DNA from: Octopus sinensis
Taxonomy: Eukaryota
Assembly: GCF_006345805.1 (NCBI RefSeq)
Contig: NC_043003.1
Location: 87,854,001 to 87,918,000 of the forward strand
DNA: 64,000 nt
Direction: 5' to 3'
Position numbers and translations under genes: made by a program
In this document: positions 1 through 13,427 of the stretch, one piece after another
How positions within the stretch are numbered: the stretch's first letter is position 1
Layout of the letters: each line of letters begins with the position of its first letter
Notes under the pieces: model-generated
What the model saw: the letters and a program-made list of their open reading frames with translations, nothing else
Told to the model about the DNA's origin: nothing
Database searches by the model: none

Positions 1-162
1 ATGATATCGATAAGATTTTTCCAAACGCATGTATTTTAAACAATATTCACAAATCCATAATTTGGGTTGTTTTCCATATTCTTCAGGGTAAGGTGAAAAA
101 TACCAGGCATCTATTTCATATTTTCCAATCTGTATTTTGTCAATATACTTGACTTTTGTGAT
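1..162 (-). CDS. KAT8: KAT8 exon 5, truncated by the window edge ([54 protein letters not shown])
   Basis: TAG acceptor at 165-163. Encodes the start of the MYST domain, including the WYFSPYP motif and the CxxC...H of the C2HC zinc finger. Confidence 0.96.
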   Translation of the reverse strand, partial: MTKVKYIDKIQIGKYEIDAWYFSPYPEEYGKQPKLWICEYCLKYMRLEKSYRYH

Positions 163-354
163 CTATAACAAAAAAAGATGGAATATGAAAGAAAGCTTCC
201 AAAATGTTTATCAAAATTCTCAAGTTAATATAGTTTAGTTTTATATTTCAAAAATATCCTTAATCTATCAAGAACTACCAATGGATAACACTGGTTCAAA
301 CATATTCTGATAATAATTAATCCTAGGATTTTCTTTACAAGCATGTTGAATCAA

Positions 355-388
<34 letters not shown>

Positions 389-789
389 TAGTGTTACATA
401 AAATTTAGATCTACATACTTTGGTTGTAAATTTTGTTTTATTCATTCCTGCTGACAACAAAAGACACTAACAAAAGCAAATAGTTTATTTGTAATTCTAA
501 CTAGAATTTCACATTCTTAAGTAAATCTTGTCTGAATGAAAACAGGTTTCAATTTTGAAACAACAAATGAAATTACTGAACCTTATAGCATTCAGACAAA
601 GTCTTGCTGAAATATTCTTGTAGTTACAAGGAAGCCCCCATATATCACACACTGATATCTAAATAAACAGTACTATTGGAAGGAATAAACATTATATAGA
701 GAAATAAATTACTCATTAGTCAAGAAAATTAACTTGAGACATAAATATCAGCAATAACTAAAGAAATCAGAAATATATTTTCATCTAAC

Positions 790-843
790 CGCTTCATGTT
801 CCTTTTCAAGAGCTGCAGTTGTTGGGTCCATCTCAGCATATGT
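790..843 (-). CDS. KAT8: KAT8 exon 4 (TYAEMDPTTAALEKEHEA)
   Basis: TTTTAG acceptor and GTTAG donor. 54 nt, phase 0/0. The peptide matches human KAT8 as I recall it. Confidence 0.96.
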
Positions 844-1991
844 CTAAAATTTTTTTTAAAATTCAGATTTTAGAACAATGTAAACAAAAATATGAAATGA
901 CAAAAATATCTTGGACAATGTTCCTCCTAATTTTTTTCCGTGAGTGAGGGTGTGCAGAAATTTACTTGTGTGCAAATTTTCTCTTTCTTTGTAAAGTTAT
1001 GTGCACATCTAAGTGAAAAATCATCTTCAATTTAAAAAATTTAATTTCTTGAAAATGTGTGCACACTTTTTTCCTTTGTGCACTAGTTATAAAACATGTG
1101 TATTTGTACAAGCACACAATGTAGGAGAGACTTTAATCTTAGAATTCCTCCAGTCATCAACATAAACATTTAACAAATATATATACAAGCCAACAAAGGA
1201 GCCAATGTTGAACAGGAATCCACACAAACTTCAACTGAAGAACTTATCAAGGGAAATTATTCAGGTGAAAACAATCAATTAGTTGAATAATAAATTTTAG
1301 AATTATTACAAGAAAAAATTTTAAACATTCTACTGATGTTATTGAATATCTCTAGATCTTACTATGGCACATAATAGTTGACCAACTGACTAGTTTTAAT
1401 TCACAGAACATTGCACCACAAATACCATGGTCCCACCCTAGTCGGAGGACCACTAAGCTCATTCCATAATTTTGTACTTAATTGTATATTGTATGGTTTA
1501 ACAATCTGGATAGTTTGTTACACAGACTAACAGGGAGGAGGAGTTGGCCAGAGCATGACAGTTGCAGTTCCTTCATATTTGTTACTGAGCTACAGAGGGC
1601 ACATCTCAGCAGTGTTAGCGGACAGGAAGCTTACTGATCATTATTATCATTGTTCTAACATCTACTTTTCTATGCTTGCATATTTCACTCTTTCTCTCTC
1701 TCACGTGCACACATGCACACACAGACATACATACATCTTTCACTTTCTGTTCTCTGTCCTTTTCGCTTTCTCTTCTTTCAATTTCTGCTCTCTTCAAAGC
1801 ATAAAGAAATAAATTTTTTACGGAATCAGAGGGAGAAACACAAAATGAGAGAGAGACGAGAGAAAGAAACAGAGACAGAAAACGAGTTGCTATAGATGAA
1901 AGACAGGGATAGAGGGTGACAGAAAAATGCTGATGTTTCATACCTTATGCATGTTCTAAAAGTGAGAGAGAGAGACAGAGAGATAGAGAGA

Positions 1992-2022
<31 letters not shown>

Positions 2023-4026
2023 CATGCATATGTCCCTTATGCATTCGAAAATTGGGTTGCCCATTTTTATGTATGGGGTATCAATATATTCAGTAATTTT
2101 TTTGCTACCAAATAAACTATATTTTCATTTACATATATTTTACATTATCTCAACAACCAGCCATAGTTATTTGACATACACTGCTCTACAACAACCAGGT
2201 TTCATTAGAAAGTGAAAATAGTTTCACACTTTCAATTTCCACCAAATTACAAAGTGTTGTATTACAAGAGTGATGATGTTTCAATAATGAAAGTAATGTT
2301 TTGCTGAATTAGTCACATCTCTATCTTCTTCTCTATATATAAAACTGAAATGTGTTTTTACCGCTTGGATCGCTTTCAATGCCACTACATCCCGTCCGAT
2401 TTGCTCCAAAATTTACAGGGACATGTAGAATGAGGTGACAATGCTCGTGGGCTACCTTAGAAATCCCTAGCTTAAAAGGTGTGGTTGCTAGGGGCTATCT
2501 TCCTCACTCACGCTATTTCCTCCTTTCCCTCTCTTACTCTCCTTCATTAATAACTTTGAGAATGCCACTCCCGTTATTTAATGTATTCCCCTCAACTCCC
2601 TTTCACTTTCCCTTTATAAGTTCGTCAGGCGGCTTTCTTTGATCTTTCTGTTTGCATTCATAGGGAGAATTATCATCGCTACCAAACAACACACAATCAT
2701 GAGAACAAATATTATGAATCACATATTCTTGCGTTCATTTATATGTGTGTGTGTGTGTTCTATATATAAATATGTATATATAATGTATGTGTGTGTGTGT
2801 GTTCTATATATAAATATGTATATATAATGTATGTGTGTGTGTGCGTTCTATATATAATGTATATATACAAAGTGTATATATCTTTATTTATGTATATTAA
2901 ACTTTTTCATACTTTTTCATAGTTATATATATTTTTAAACAAATTATAAATATAATTTAATAATTTTTATTTTCAATTTAAATAATTTAAATTTTTCAAT
3001 TTTATATTTTATATATTTTCTATATTATATATTTTTTTTAATATTTTTGTTTTTGGTTTTTTACTGTTTGATTTGCCTATTAGTGGTTTATCTCTAATTT
3101 AATTTATACAGATATATATCTCATTTGTATATACATTTGTATATATAATGCATGCACACACACATATATATACACATATATATATATATAATGTGTGCAT
3201 TACGTAGTCGGTCGATTCAGCTGAAAATATGCACACCTATGTTAAAAGTGCTGGCAAGTTTGCATGACAACTATTTTTTTCCTCAAATGAAAGGCGTCAC
3301 CTCTAGGACAAAATTCCTCATCTTATAAAATGTGGCCCCAGTAGACCCGAATAAAATCGGGTTATATTAACCAAAATGTGAAAAGGGGTCTAAATGGGGC
3401 TGGAAGGGGATTAAAATTTCAAGGAGCGGGTGTTTAGGAATTCTCTGTTACATCAAGCTAAAAAAATTTGCGCCAGCCTTTTAATCGTCAATGTGTTGCC
3501 ATCCATGATAAAGAAGTTTTGAATGCTTGCCATGGTGAGTCTACTGTCGTGAGAAAGAATCACTTCAAAACTTGGTGTTTACGAATTTTCTTTTACATCA
3601 AGTTCAAAATTTTACATCAGCCGTTAAACTGACACTACGTTGCTGTCCGTCGTTAAGAAATGCCAGCCATGGTGACTCTACTATCCTCAGATTCTATCCC
3701 TTCAAACTTTGGTTTCCAATATTTTATTATTTTTATTCAGCTCGCAAGTTCGTCTGTCCCTTTTAAATGTTAGCGTTTTGCTGTCTGCCTTGAAGCAGAC
3801 CTTTCCATTGCCACTGCCTCATATTTCTGATTGATCTTTCTAAATATTTTATTTCTCAACTTACTCAAGATCTTCTGTTGTTTATAAATGGGAGAGAGAT
3901 AGATAAAGATAGAGAGTAAGAGAAAGATAGAGAGTAAGAGTCCGAGATAGAGAGTAAGAGTCCGAGAGAAAAGAAAAGTAAGAGAGTGGGAAAGTGAGAA
4001 AGAAAGGAGAGAGAAACAAATACGGA

Positions 4027-4330
4027 GAATCATCATCATTATCATCGTTTAACGTCCGTTTTCCGTGCTAGCACGGGTTGGACAGTGTGACCGGGGTCTG
4101 GGAAGCCAGGAGGCTGCACCAAGATCCAGTCTGATCTGGCAGTATTTCTACAGGTGGATGACCTTCCTAACGCCAACCACTCTGTGAGTGTAGCGGGTGC
4201 TTTTTTCGTGCCACTGGCATAGGTACCAGGGGGGCTCGCAGTGGCAACGATCGGTTGGTGCTTTTTACATGCCACCGGCACAGAAGCAAGTCAAGGCGGC
4301 GCTGCAATCGGCCACGTTCGGATGGTGCTT
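4027..4330 (-). mobile_element. RTE-tail-related short retroposon copy
   Basis: Begins (CAT)nCGTTTAACGTCCGTTTTCCGTGCTAGCACGGGTTGGAC, the reverse complement of the tail seen at about 10060-10103. Related copies lie near 40190-40680, 46820-46990, 55930-56070, 58930-59060 and 60690-60885. Confidence 0.75.
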
Positions 4331-4599
4331 TTTACGTGCTGAAAGGAAGCAACAGAAAGTAACAACCACACTCTTACCCGCACGTAGAGCAGGTCACCTT
4401 CAGCTAGTCTGTACTATAATAAAGAAAGATGTTTATCATCTATAATGTGATAAGGCTATAATATAGTTTCACTTTCATTCTTTCACTTTTAATTCTAATG
4501 TGATAACATTAAGATCATCTTATTTCTATTATATTTGAAATAAATGAATAATTTACATCCTAAAGTGAACAACATTATGCATCGGCAACTTTCCGTCTT

Positions 4600-5293
4600 T
4601 ACAGCCACCACAAGATTTCTGCCCCCCACTGACTTTAGATGATCATAATTTTCAGAAAAATAGATATTTTTTAATGAAATTTTCTACAAATATGTGTTAT
4701 ATCATGTAGATTCCGAATATACAATATTTTTTAGGGAAAGTGTTTTAGGAGGGGGTGGGGAATTTCGGAAAACTTACCAGAATCCAATTTGTCTTAACTT
4801 TCAAGAAAATGGATATTTTTTTAATGAAATCCTCTACAAATATAACTCAGACTATGTAGAATCTAAGGACTTAGGAATCTGGAGGGAAAACAATTGAGGG
4901 TTACTTCGAGAACCGTTCCCTCCTCAGGTGTGTTTTGGAACAAGTCATCCATATTTGTTTCATTTTCTCCGTTTTGTGTGTTTGTGCATCCATAAATTTC
5001 TACTGAAGCAACAAACAGGCAGTGAAAGCAAATGAAGCCCTTACCAGAAAACTCGTTATGCTAAAAATAACAGAAATATGCTATTAAGACAACTCATCTG
5101 TTGCATACAACATTTTTTTCACTTAAAGTAAATTCCCAGATAAACATCTCTAACAGAAAGGCAGAAGACACCAGAAGCAAAAATAAGGAATATACACGCA
5201 CAGTTGAATACAGAAGTGTAAAGTATAATTTGTTACATAATCTCTATAATAAACATGATATTGAATGAAATAATTCCCCGTTTTAACTTTTTT

Positions 5294-5327
<34 letters not shown>

Positions 5328-5700
5328 AGAAATCTATGGATGCACAAATGTGCAAAACAGAGAAAATGAAACAAATATAGACTTGTTCCAAAACACTCCC
5401 AAGTGGGGAACAGTTCACAAAAATAACTCAATTGTTTTTCCCAAAAATTCCTATGTCCTTGAAATCTACATAGTCCAAGGCATATTTGTAGAGAATTTCA
5501 TTACAAAATATCCATTTTCTTGAAAGTGAAGATGAATTGAAGTGGACTCCGGTGAATTTTCCGAAATTCCCCACCCCACCCATCCCTAAAACACTTTCTC
5601 CCAACACATATTCATAAAAATTTCATTTACAAATTCCGTTTTTCTGAAAGTTATGATCATCCAAAGTTGGGAAGGAGGAGGGAAGAAATCTATAGTTATG
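4600..5700. repeat. Large imperfect foldback element in KAT8 intron 3 (arms about 4600-5010 and 5325-5700)
   Basis: Nested inverted matches, e.g. GAAAGTGTTTTAG..GGGGTGGGGAATTTCGG versus CCGAAATTCCCCACCCC..CTAAAACACTTTC, and TTTTGGAACAAGTC versus GACTTGTTCCAAAA. Confidence 0.8.
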
Positions 5701-5709
5701 CTAGATTGC

Positions 5710-5795
5710 CTGAAACTGTGACCTGTTCACTGACAAAACTTCGTGCTGCATAGATGCAGCATGAAGTTTTGTCAGTGAACAGGTCACAGTTTCAG
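5710..5795. repeat. Near-perfect palindrome: 42-bp arms, 2-nt loop, one mismatch
   Basis: 5710-5751 is the reverse complement of 5754-5795 except at one position (CGT versus CAT). Confidence 0.97.
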
Positions 5796-5989
5796 AGTGA
5801 CAAAAATATTTTGACACAAATTAAATATAAATGTTGAAGTGAATCTAATAGTTTTTTGTGTGTTCTTAAATGGCTTACAATCATCTTCCATGCTGCAACT
5901 GTTTTTGTTTCAGCACATGATCTTAGATCAAGTCACTTGCTATGCAAGTACAACTCCATAATTTAATTTACATTCATGTCAAAATTTTC

Positions 5990-7210
5990 ATTGCTTGACC
6001 AGTATCCCAGACAAACTTTATCCAGTACAGACACCAGCTAACAGACCAGATTTAACTGGCAGAGTATTTAATATGAAATTTAGGGATCTCTTGCATGATA
6101 TTTTGGAGAAAAATATTTTAGGAGAGGTTGCGGGGTTGATGCGGACTACAGAGTTTCAAAAGCATGGACTACTCCATTGTCATATGTTGTTCATATTAAA
6201 AAAAAATCCAGAACATTATGATCAATTTGTTTATGCAGAACTTCCAAATCCACAAACACAACCAATTCTGTTTCAACATGTCACGTAAAGCATGCTACAT
6301 GGTCCATGTGGAAGAAATAAACCCAAAGTAACGTGTATGGTTGATGGGAAATGTAAAAAACATTTCCCTAGAGACTTTCAGGAAAATACATTCCACAGTT
6401 ATAATGGCTATCCACTTTATCAACATTGAAATAATAAATTTACATTTACAAAGTCTAATGTTGAATTAGATAATCATTCAGTATTACCATATTCACCCTA
6501 GTCAAATATGGAGGATATTGTAATGTAGAGATATGTGCATCTGTAAAATCAGTTAAATATATTAGCAAATACATTCATAAAGGTCATGATTGGGTGACAG
6601 TCAATATTAGTGGACAAACCAATGCATGACATGTACACAAAGATAAAATTGAAAATTATATCAATAGCTGCTATGTAGTCTCATCAGAGATAGTCTGGAA
6701 TATTTTAGGGTTCAAATTCCATGGTTCATATCCTGCAATCAGACAGCTTACAGTTCATTTACCCCAACATCAATACAGTTACTTTAATGACAATGATGAT
6801 ATTGAACACGTTATCTACACACAACAGGTCCACTCTCACTAAATGGATGTAAGTTAACCAGAAATCACCAGCTGACTCATTTGCATGTACATTACACTAT
6901 ACTGATTTCCCTGAATTTTACACATGGAATAATAGTGAGACAATGTGGCATCTCAGAAAAAACAATCACATTCAATTGGGGGTATCTACTTTGTTTCACT
7001 AAAAGAATAAGAGCAATTCTATCTGAGAGCTTTACTATATCATATTCCTGGAGCTACATCGCTTGAAGATAAGAGGACTATTAATGGTGTAGTTTGCCAT
7101 AGTTATAAAGAAGCTGCAATGAAACTGGGTTTAGTACATGATGACCATAAATACTATTGGACTATGGAATTTGCAAATATTTCAGGTACTCCATATCAGA
7201 TGCAAAGACT
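5990..7210 (+). mobile_element. Helitron RepHel remnant (Rep motif 2 region onward), degraded, in KAT8 intron 3
   Basis: EFQKHGLLHCHML (HUH motif), then HGPCG, CKKHFPRDF, VEICASVKSVKYISKYIHKGHD and the LTVHLP and GLVHDD segments typical of the Helitron Rep region. Many stops and frameshifts. Confidence 0.88.
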
Positions 7211-7516
7211 TTTCTGCTCCATTCTTAATTACTGCTTTCCATATGTATACTTATGTATACATATTACACAAATATATGATACAATGTAAAATAGTACACA
7301 CACACACACATATACAGCAGGCTTCTTTTAGTTTCCTTCTACCTAGTCGATCTAAGGGGAAAGAAGACACTTTCCTGCAGTGCAGGGACTGAACTGAAAC
7401 CATGCGGTTGGGAAGCAAATGTCTTGACAACACAATAATGCCTATGTCCCTGAATCAAAATAAAAAGATTGGGTCAGATATAAAATGGAACACCAAAAGA
7501 TAAACTTCCAACTCAC

Positions 7517-7698
7517 TTTCTGGACATGATTTATTTCATCATGTTTACGTTTCTGGTTCCGTGTGATTTTACGGTCAGTACCATCACTAAGATCTGTGAG
7601 AGTAATTGATAAATCTTTGCCTTTGTTCTGCTGGTCTTCGAGTTTGGTCTGGAGATCAAATCGATCAACATTAACCCATTCATCCAATCGACGATTAA
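7517..7698 (-). CDS. KAT8: KAT8 exon 3 (NRRLDEWVNVDRF...RKITRNQKRKHDEINHVQK)
   Basis: GCAG acceptor and GTGAGT donor. 182 nt, phase 1/0. NRRLDEWV and RKITRNQKRKHDEINHVQK are MOF-diagnostic sequences. Confidence 0.96.
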
Positions 7699-8259
7699 CT
7701 GCAAATACGAATATCATTTCTAGAGTGATACAGCAACAACCAATGGAAATATGTATTAGTTTTAACTACATCATCATCATCATCATCACGTTTCCAAAAG
7801 TAATGAAAAATAAAAGTATTCTTAATGCATTCTAGTTTCATTATTTACATAAATAAAATTTTCAGAATTTCTCTGATTGAAACAAAACTGTAACCTAAGA
7901 CATTTTCTAAAAAAAATTGAAGCAGTTATGAACCTCTTGTAATATTTAGATCATTTAAATAACTAAAAATCACATGTTTAAATGTTATAAACGCTGTTAA
8001 AAAGTTTGAGGTTTTCTTTGTAATAGAATTTATCAAAATTAACAATGACTTTAATGGCTAACATTTGGAAGAACAAGTATCTAACAGATTAAGAACTAAA
8101 AATGATAGCATTATGAACAGTTAAAGAAAAGGGATAAAGAAAGGATGACCAAATATAATCCATATAAAAGGCAAGTCGTCAATAAATGTAGAGATCAAAG
8201 AAAGGGAAATATTTTGCCTTCAGATAAAAATAGACCCAACAGAGGAACCAGCTAGCTTG

Positions 8260-10103
8260 AATCAATAGAAGCTTGGTAGATAAAGCAATTAAGAATATGA
8301 AGACAGGGAAAGCCCATCGGGAATCACCAGAGATGCTTAAAATATCTGGTGGAGTAAGACATGGCCAAGTCGCCTGTATAGTAAGTCAGGTTGTCCATGA
8401 GGGAGCTATACCAAACAATTGGTGTAGCAACATTATAGTTAGCGGCAACAAAGGTAAAGGTTATGCCTGAAACAGAAATAATTACAGAGGCATCAAATTG
8501 CTGGAACAGGAGACATAAGTCACTAAAAGGATCATAGCTCAATTAATTAGGAAGAGAGTTAGTGTAGATGGGATGCAGTTTGGAGTTGTGTCAGGTAGAA
8601 GCAGAATTGATACTATATTCCTGGTTAGGCAACTGCAGAGAAGTATTTAGCCAAAAATAAACATCTGTACTTGGTTTCTGTTGACACGGAGAAAGCTTTT
8701 AACAGGATACCCAGCTCTCTTATCTGATGGTCAATGCAGGTGCTAGGGATAGCTGTACAAACCATGTACAGGGATACTGTCAGTAAGGTGAGGGTTGGCA
8801 ATGAGTATAGCAATGAACTCAGTGTACAAGTAGGAGTTCACAAAGGATCGGTCCTCAGTCCCCTTGTTTACCTTGGTCCTCCAGGTCTTAACAGAGGAAT
8901 TCAAGAACAGCTGCTACTGGGAGCTTCACTACACTGATGACCTTCTTCTTACAGCTGAATCACTACCTGACTTAGAGGGCGTTAGAGTTAATTTAGCGAA
9001 AATCAAAGTCCTAGTAAGTAGAAAAACAGACAAATCACAAATCCCTTCAGGGAAATGGCTCTGCATATGTAAGAAGAATGTTGGTAGAAACTCCATGTTG
9101 TACCCAGTGCAAGCTTTGGACGGATAAGAGGTGTAGTGGTATCAAAGGAAGGTTAACAGAGAAAATAGTCTTTGTGTGTGGTAAATGTGTAGGTATAGTA
9201 AGCACTAAAAATGCAGACAATACATTCCCTCAAATGCTTGGGGAGAGCATTAGAAGAAGATAACTTCTGTTACCTAGGAGACAAAGTTAGCAGTGGAGGA
9301 GGAAGTTCTGAAAGTGTAGTTGCTAAAATAAAAACAGGCTAGGTAAAAGTTCAAAGAGATTCTACCTCTGTTGGTAACTAAGGGCCTCTCCCTCAGAGTG
9401 AAAGGCAGATTGTATGATGCCTGTGTATGTACAGCTATGCTACATAGCAGTGAAACATGGGCTTTGACTACAAAGGCTTGAAAGAAATAAAGCTAGCATG
9501 CTCCGCTGGATGGGTAATGTCAGTGTGCTTGCATGGCAGAGTGTAAATGATTCAAGAGGAAAACTGAGTATAAGAGGCATCAGATGTTGTGCACAAGAGA
9601 GAAGACTGTGCTGGTTTTGTCATGTGATGCATATAGATGAGGATAGCTGCATAAAGAAGTGCCAAGCCCTAATTGTGGAGGAAAGCTGTGGAAGGGATAA
9701 ACCAAGGAAGACATGGGATGAAGTGGTGAGAAAGGATCTTCGTACACTGGGCCTCACTGAGGAAATGACAAGAGACCAGGATTTGTGGCAATTTGCTGTA
9801 CTTGAGAAGATGCATCAAGTTAAGTAAAATTGCTGTCATCCACACACAGTCTTGACCTTTCCAGGTGCCAGTGCCACATAAAATGCACTCATATTGGTGC
9901 TGCGTAAACATACCTGTGCCAGTGACACATAAAAAGCACCCAGCACACTCTGTAAAGTCATTGGCATTAGGAATGGGGATACAGCCATAAAATCCATGCC
10001 ACAACAGACAATTGGAGTATGGACATCTCCCCGGCTGATCAGCTCCATGTTACTGTCCAACCCATGCCAGCATAGAAAACGGACGTTAACTGAGATGATG
10101 ATG
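8260..10103 (+). mobile_element. 5'-truncated RTE-clade LINE (reverse transcriptase plus 3' UTR), antisense in KAT8 intron 2
   Basis: Fragments KAIKNMKTGKA, GVHKGSVLSPL, YTDDLLL and MLRWM...RDKPRKTWDEVV, typical of RTE ORF2. Ends in GGACGTTAACTGA(GAT)n. Confidence 0.88.
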
Positions 10104-10225
10104 AAAAAAAGATTTGATGAAATTTACAAATAACATCTCTGTAATTACTTCCATTACTAGTGGCAGAAAAACAAATATTAAAACATCGATAACAATGATC
10201 CATGCTACTAAACTATGTAACTTAC

Positions 10226-10300
10226 ATCCTTCATAGTGAACATAATATTCATGTCTTCCTGCATTCTCATTGCTTCGAGTTTGAATAATTTCAGCTGCAT
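10226..10300 (-). CDS. KAT8: KAT8 exon 2 ((H)AAEIIQTRSNENAGRHEYYVHYEG(F))
   Basis: Not in the ORF track; read by hand. CAG acceptor at 10303-10301 and GTAAG donor at 10225-10221. 75 nt, phase 1/1. Matches human [26 protein letters not shown]. Confidence 0.93.
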
Positions 10301-10529
10301 CTGATATATAAAACGAAACAATAAATAATATTTATACATTTAAAATCAGTTTTATGTAGATAATCAACTGAAGTTCATGTATGATGACTAATCTAAAACT
10401 CAATATACAACACATATTATTTTAAAACAAAATGGGCATATAAAGACAAGAAACTGAGTACTAAGTTTTTTTCACTTTCAAGTGTCATTTGGGTCTTCAA
10501 TCACACTTAGTTTTAAAATGTTTTAGTAT

Positions 10530-10665
10530 GTATATGTGGTTGAAAAGCTTGCTTCCCAACCATGTGATCTTGGGTTCAGTCCCATTGCATGGCACCTTGG
10601 GCTTTGTCTTCTACTATAGCCCCAGGCTGATCAAATATATTTGATAGTTAGAAACTGAAAGAAAA
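10530..10665 (+). mobile_element. tRNA-derived SINE
   Basis: TGTGGTTGAAAAGCTTGC...GGGTTCAGTCCC (A/B-box-like head), then CCTTGGGC..GTCTTCTACTATAGCC body. Related to the copies at 44522-44563 and 55760-55900. Confidence 0.7.
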
Positions 10666-12343
10666 TAACACACACACACACATATATAGACATATATATG
10701 TATGTTTTTGTGTGTATCCTTGTCTAGACATCATGTGATGGTTGTAATTGAGCATCACCATCAAACAGATGAGGTTGTTCATTTCCAGTCTTCAATGAAA
10801 AACATGTCTGGCCATGGGGAAATATCACCTTTCTTGGAAACAGGTGAAGGTTGGTAATAGGAAGTGCATCAACTCGTAGAAAATCTGCCTCAGAAAATTC
10901 CACCTGACCCATCCAAGCTTGAAAAAGTGGATATAAAATGATGTTATACACACACAGAATGTGCACACAGGATAGAGACAGACAAAAGAATGATAAAAAG
11001 AGGATTAAAATGAAAGCAGAATAAGGTATTTCAGCTGCTCTGTCTTAACACTGAAATGCACTCTAAATTTTCTCTGCAAGATATCCATGAAATTCATTTT
11101 CATTACAACCCGTCACTTCAAGGGGAAAAAAAATATAGGTGGAGGGAAGATAATTTCATTAACTCCAAATCAACTTTTAAAATCTTGTGAACTATTTTCT
11201 ATGGGGGAACTGATACCATGAAATCCCTTTGAAATTTTTGTAGTGACTCAATATCAAATTTCATAATGCTTCTAGAATCAATACTGAAATACTGAACATA
11301 GTGTAGCCTTACTTCATTCAACACTATTAGCTTCGACTATTACTGTCAATCATATCTAAACATGTTAGAGGCGGTTATGTCCCCTTCTTATTACTATCAA
11401 TGGTTAATATGCTTGAAATGATTCTGAGCAGGGATCAGTAAAGCAAATGAAACATGTAAATATATTAAACAAATAGGTAAAATATATACTAATATTGAAG
11501 AATTACTCAACAATATTGAAAAGTATTTCTAAAAATTACCAAATGTTAACGAGGTTACAATAACAATACTAACAAACTGATTGTAATATTTTTTCCATAT
11601 ACTCTTGGATTAGGTTGAATTTTTAGCATTAATATTTATATTGTAAATACGATTTCAAGGGAGCTTATAAATATCACATATCTATACTGTCAACAAACAA
11701 AAGGTTAATTTACTTTTTATCTTCCCTCCTTTATTTTTTTTACAATAATACCATTAAAACTATATCATTTGAATTGGTTTAAAAAGGGGGAAACGCAACA
11801 CAGTTACATATAATCAGTCTTATGTATAAAACTGACAAAAAATATAGTGATTTAGTCATGCTAAATATATGAAAACAAGCTGGAAAGCCTTTCGTCAGAG
11901 GACTACACGATCTGAATTAAATTCGGGTTAAACATCAAGAAATTGCTAGATTTAAAAGTTATAACGAATCTCGTTCCTGAAGCACATGTTTTCATAACAA
12001 ATGTATATGGGATATAGTATGACATTTCTAACTCAGAAGATATCATTAATGAAGCAATGTTATCAATTAAAGAAAAATGTGTAAAAAGATTTGCAAAGCT
12101 ATATACAAATAAGTATAAAATAAGGGTAACATTTCAGAGAAAAACGAATTAAAAATAAACGCGGTAAACTACATACAACTCGATTTATAAACTACATTAC
12201 GAAAATTAAAAGATTTATATTTGTAAATATTGGAAGAATTGATATCTTGTATTGAGAAGATTTAGACTTTAAATAATGAATTATATCTATTAATCTAATA
12301 AAGTATTTTAATATGGAAAATGTTGCGTTATGAAAGACCGTAC

Positions 12344-12542
12344 GCCATGTATTGTCTGGACGCATAACAAGATAATAATCTCCAATTCCAGGATAGACTT
12401 CAGATTCATTGTTTTCTTCTTTTTTATCCTCTTCTTTGGGTGGATGCTCCTGCATAATAACCGTATTTTCAGAGCCACTCAGGACTGTACTCTGTGAACT
12501 TGAATCTGACATGGAAAGAGTTTTCTTGTCGCAGTCCGCCAT
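12344..12542 (-). CDS. KAT8: KAT8/MOF coding exon 1 (MADCDKKTLSMSDSS...PGIGDYYLVMRPDNTW), phase-1 donor
   Basis: ATG at 12542 in AAATGG context. The ...YLVMRPDNTW(H) sequence matches the start of the MOF chromo-barrel domain (human TYLCRRPDSTWH). GT donor at 12343-12342. The frame joins exon 2 correctly. Confidence 0.88.
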
Positions 12543-12849
12543 TTCTAAGTTACAATTTATTATTAAATTATAAGCCAACGTTTCGTAATCTGTTTCCTAA
12601 ATTTCGAATCTAAAATAAAGATTTTCTTGAAAATTTTATGCTCTAAAATTTTTTTATTGAAACAATTAAACTGAATGATTAGACTAATTATTTTATTTTA
12701 ATTAATTCTTTAAAAAATAATTCTTTAAGCGTAGATGTATGGTTTTGCTGAGAGTTTTAGTTGTTAACATATTTAATGCAGGTCATATTAAAAATACAAC
12801 TAGAAATAAATATGCGTCAAGGAAAGCACAGTAACAGTCAATCTATTGA

Positions 12850-13286
12850 TAATTGTTCAGTTTAGGGATATTAAAAAGTAAATAAAAATTGAGGGGGAGA
12901 TAACTAGTAAATAGCAAGTCAACTTTTTTGTTTTTCTTTCTTTTTCTCAACTTACTGTTAAACAACAAATACTGCAGTAAGGTAACATGGCGAATTAGAA
13001 TTTTCGCACGTGTATAAATTCATAATTAGTCGACGCTGTGCCAACCACTGAAAAATGTTGTCTCGTGATTCGGCTAATTGGGTGATATTCCAATATTAAT
13101 TCACAGTTGACGATTTGAATTTCAGGAACAGTGAATTGCAGTCCCGCTGGTCCTCCACGTGCCATTCTGATCAATTCCAAAGTAAATAATATCCAGTTGT
13201 TTAACAGTGAGGTGACGTATTTATGTCGCTTTACTAGTTATCTCCCCCTTAATTTTTATTTTTATTTACTTTAAACTGAACAATTA
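12850..13286. repeat. Imperfect inverted repeat (MITE-like) about 300 bp upstream of the KAT8 ATG
   Basis: TAATTGTTCAGTTTA..AAGTAAATAAAAATTGAGGGGGAGATAACTAGTAA (12850-12910) is inverted at about 13230-13286. ACTGTTAAACAAC (about 12954) is inverted at about 13196-13208. Confidence 0.75.
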
Positions 13287-13427
13287 CCTAACTATTAAAA
13301 TTTTTATTTGGGGGCAACAAGTACAGGCAACAACTCTGGATGAGTGTCTATTACAACTTCATCAACAAAGTATAGCCTGAACTATACGTATCAAAGAAGT
13401 GAAAAAAGAATCATATAAGTAAATGTA

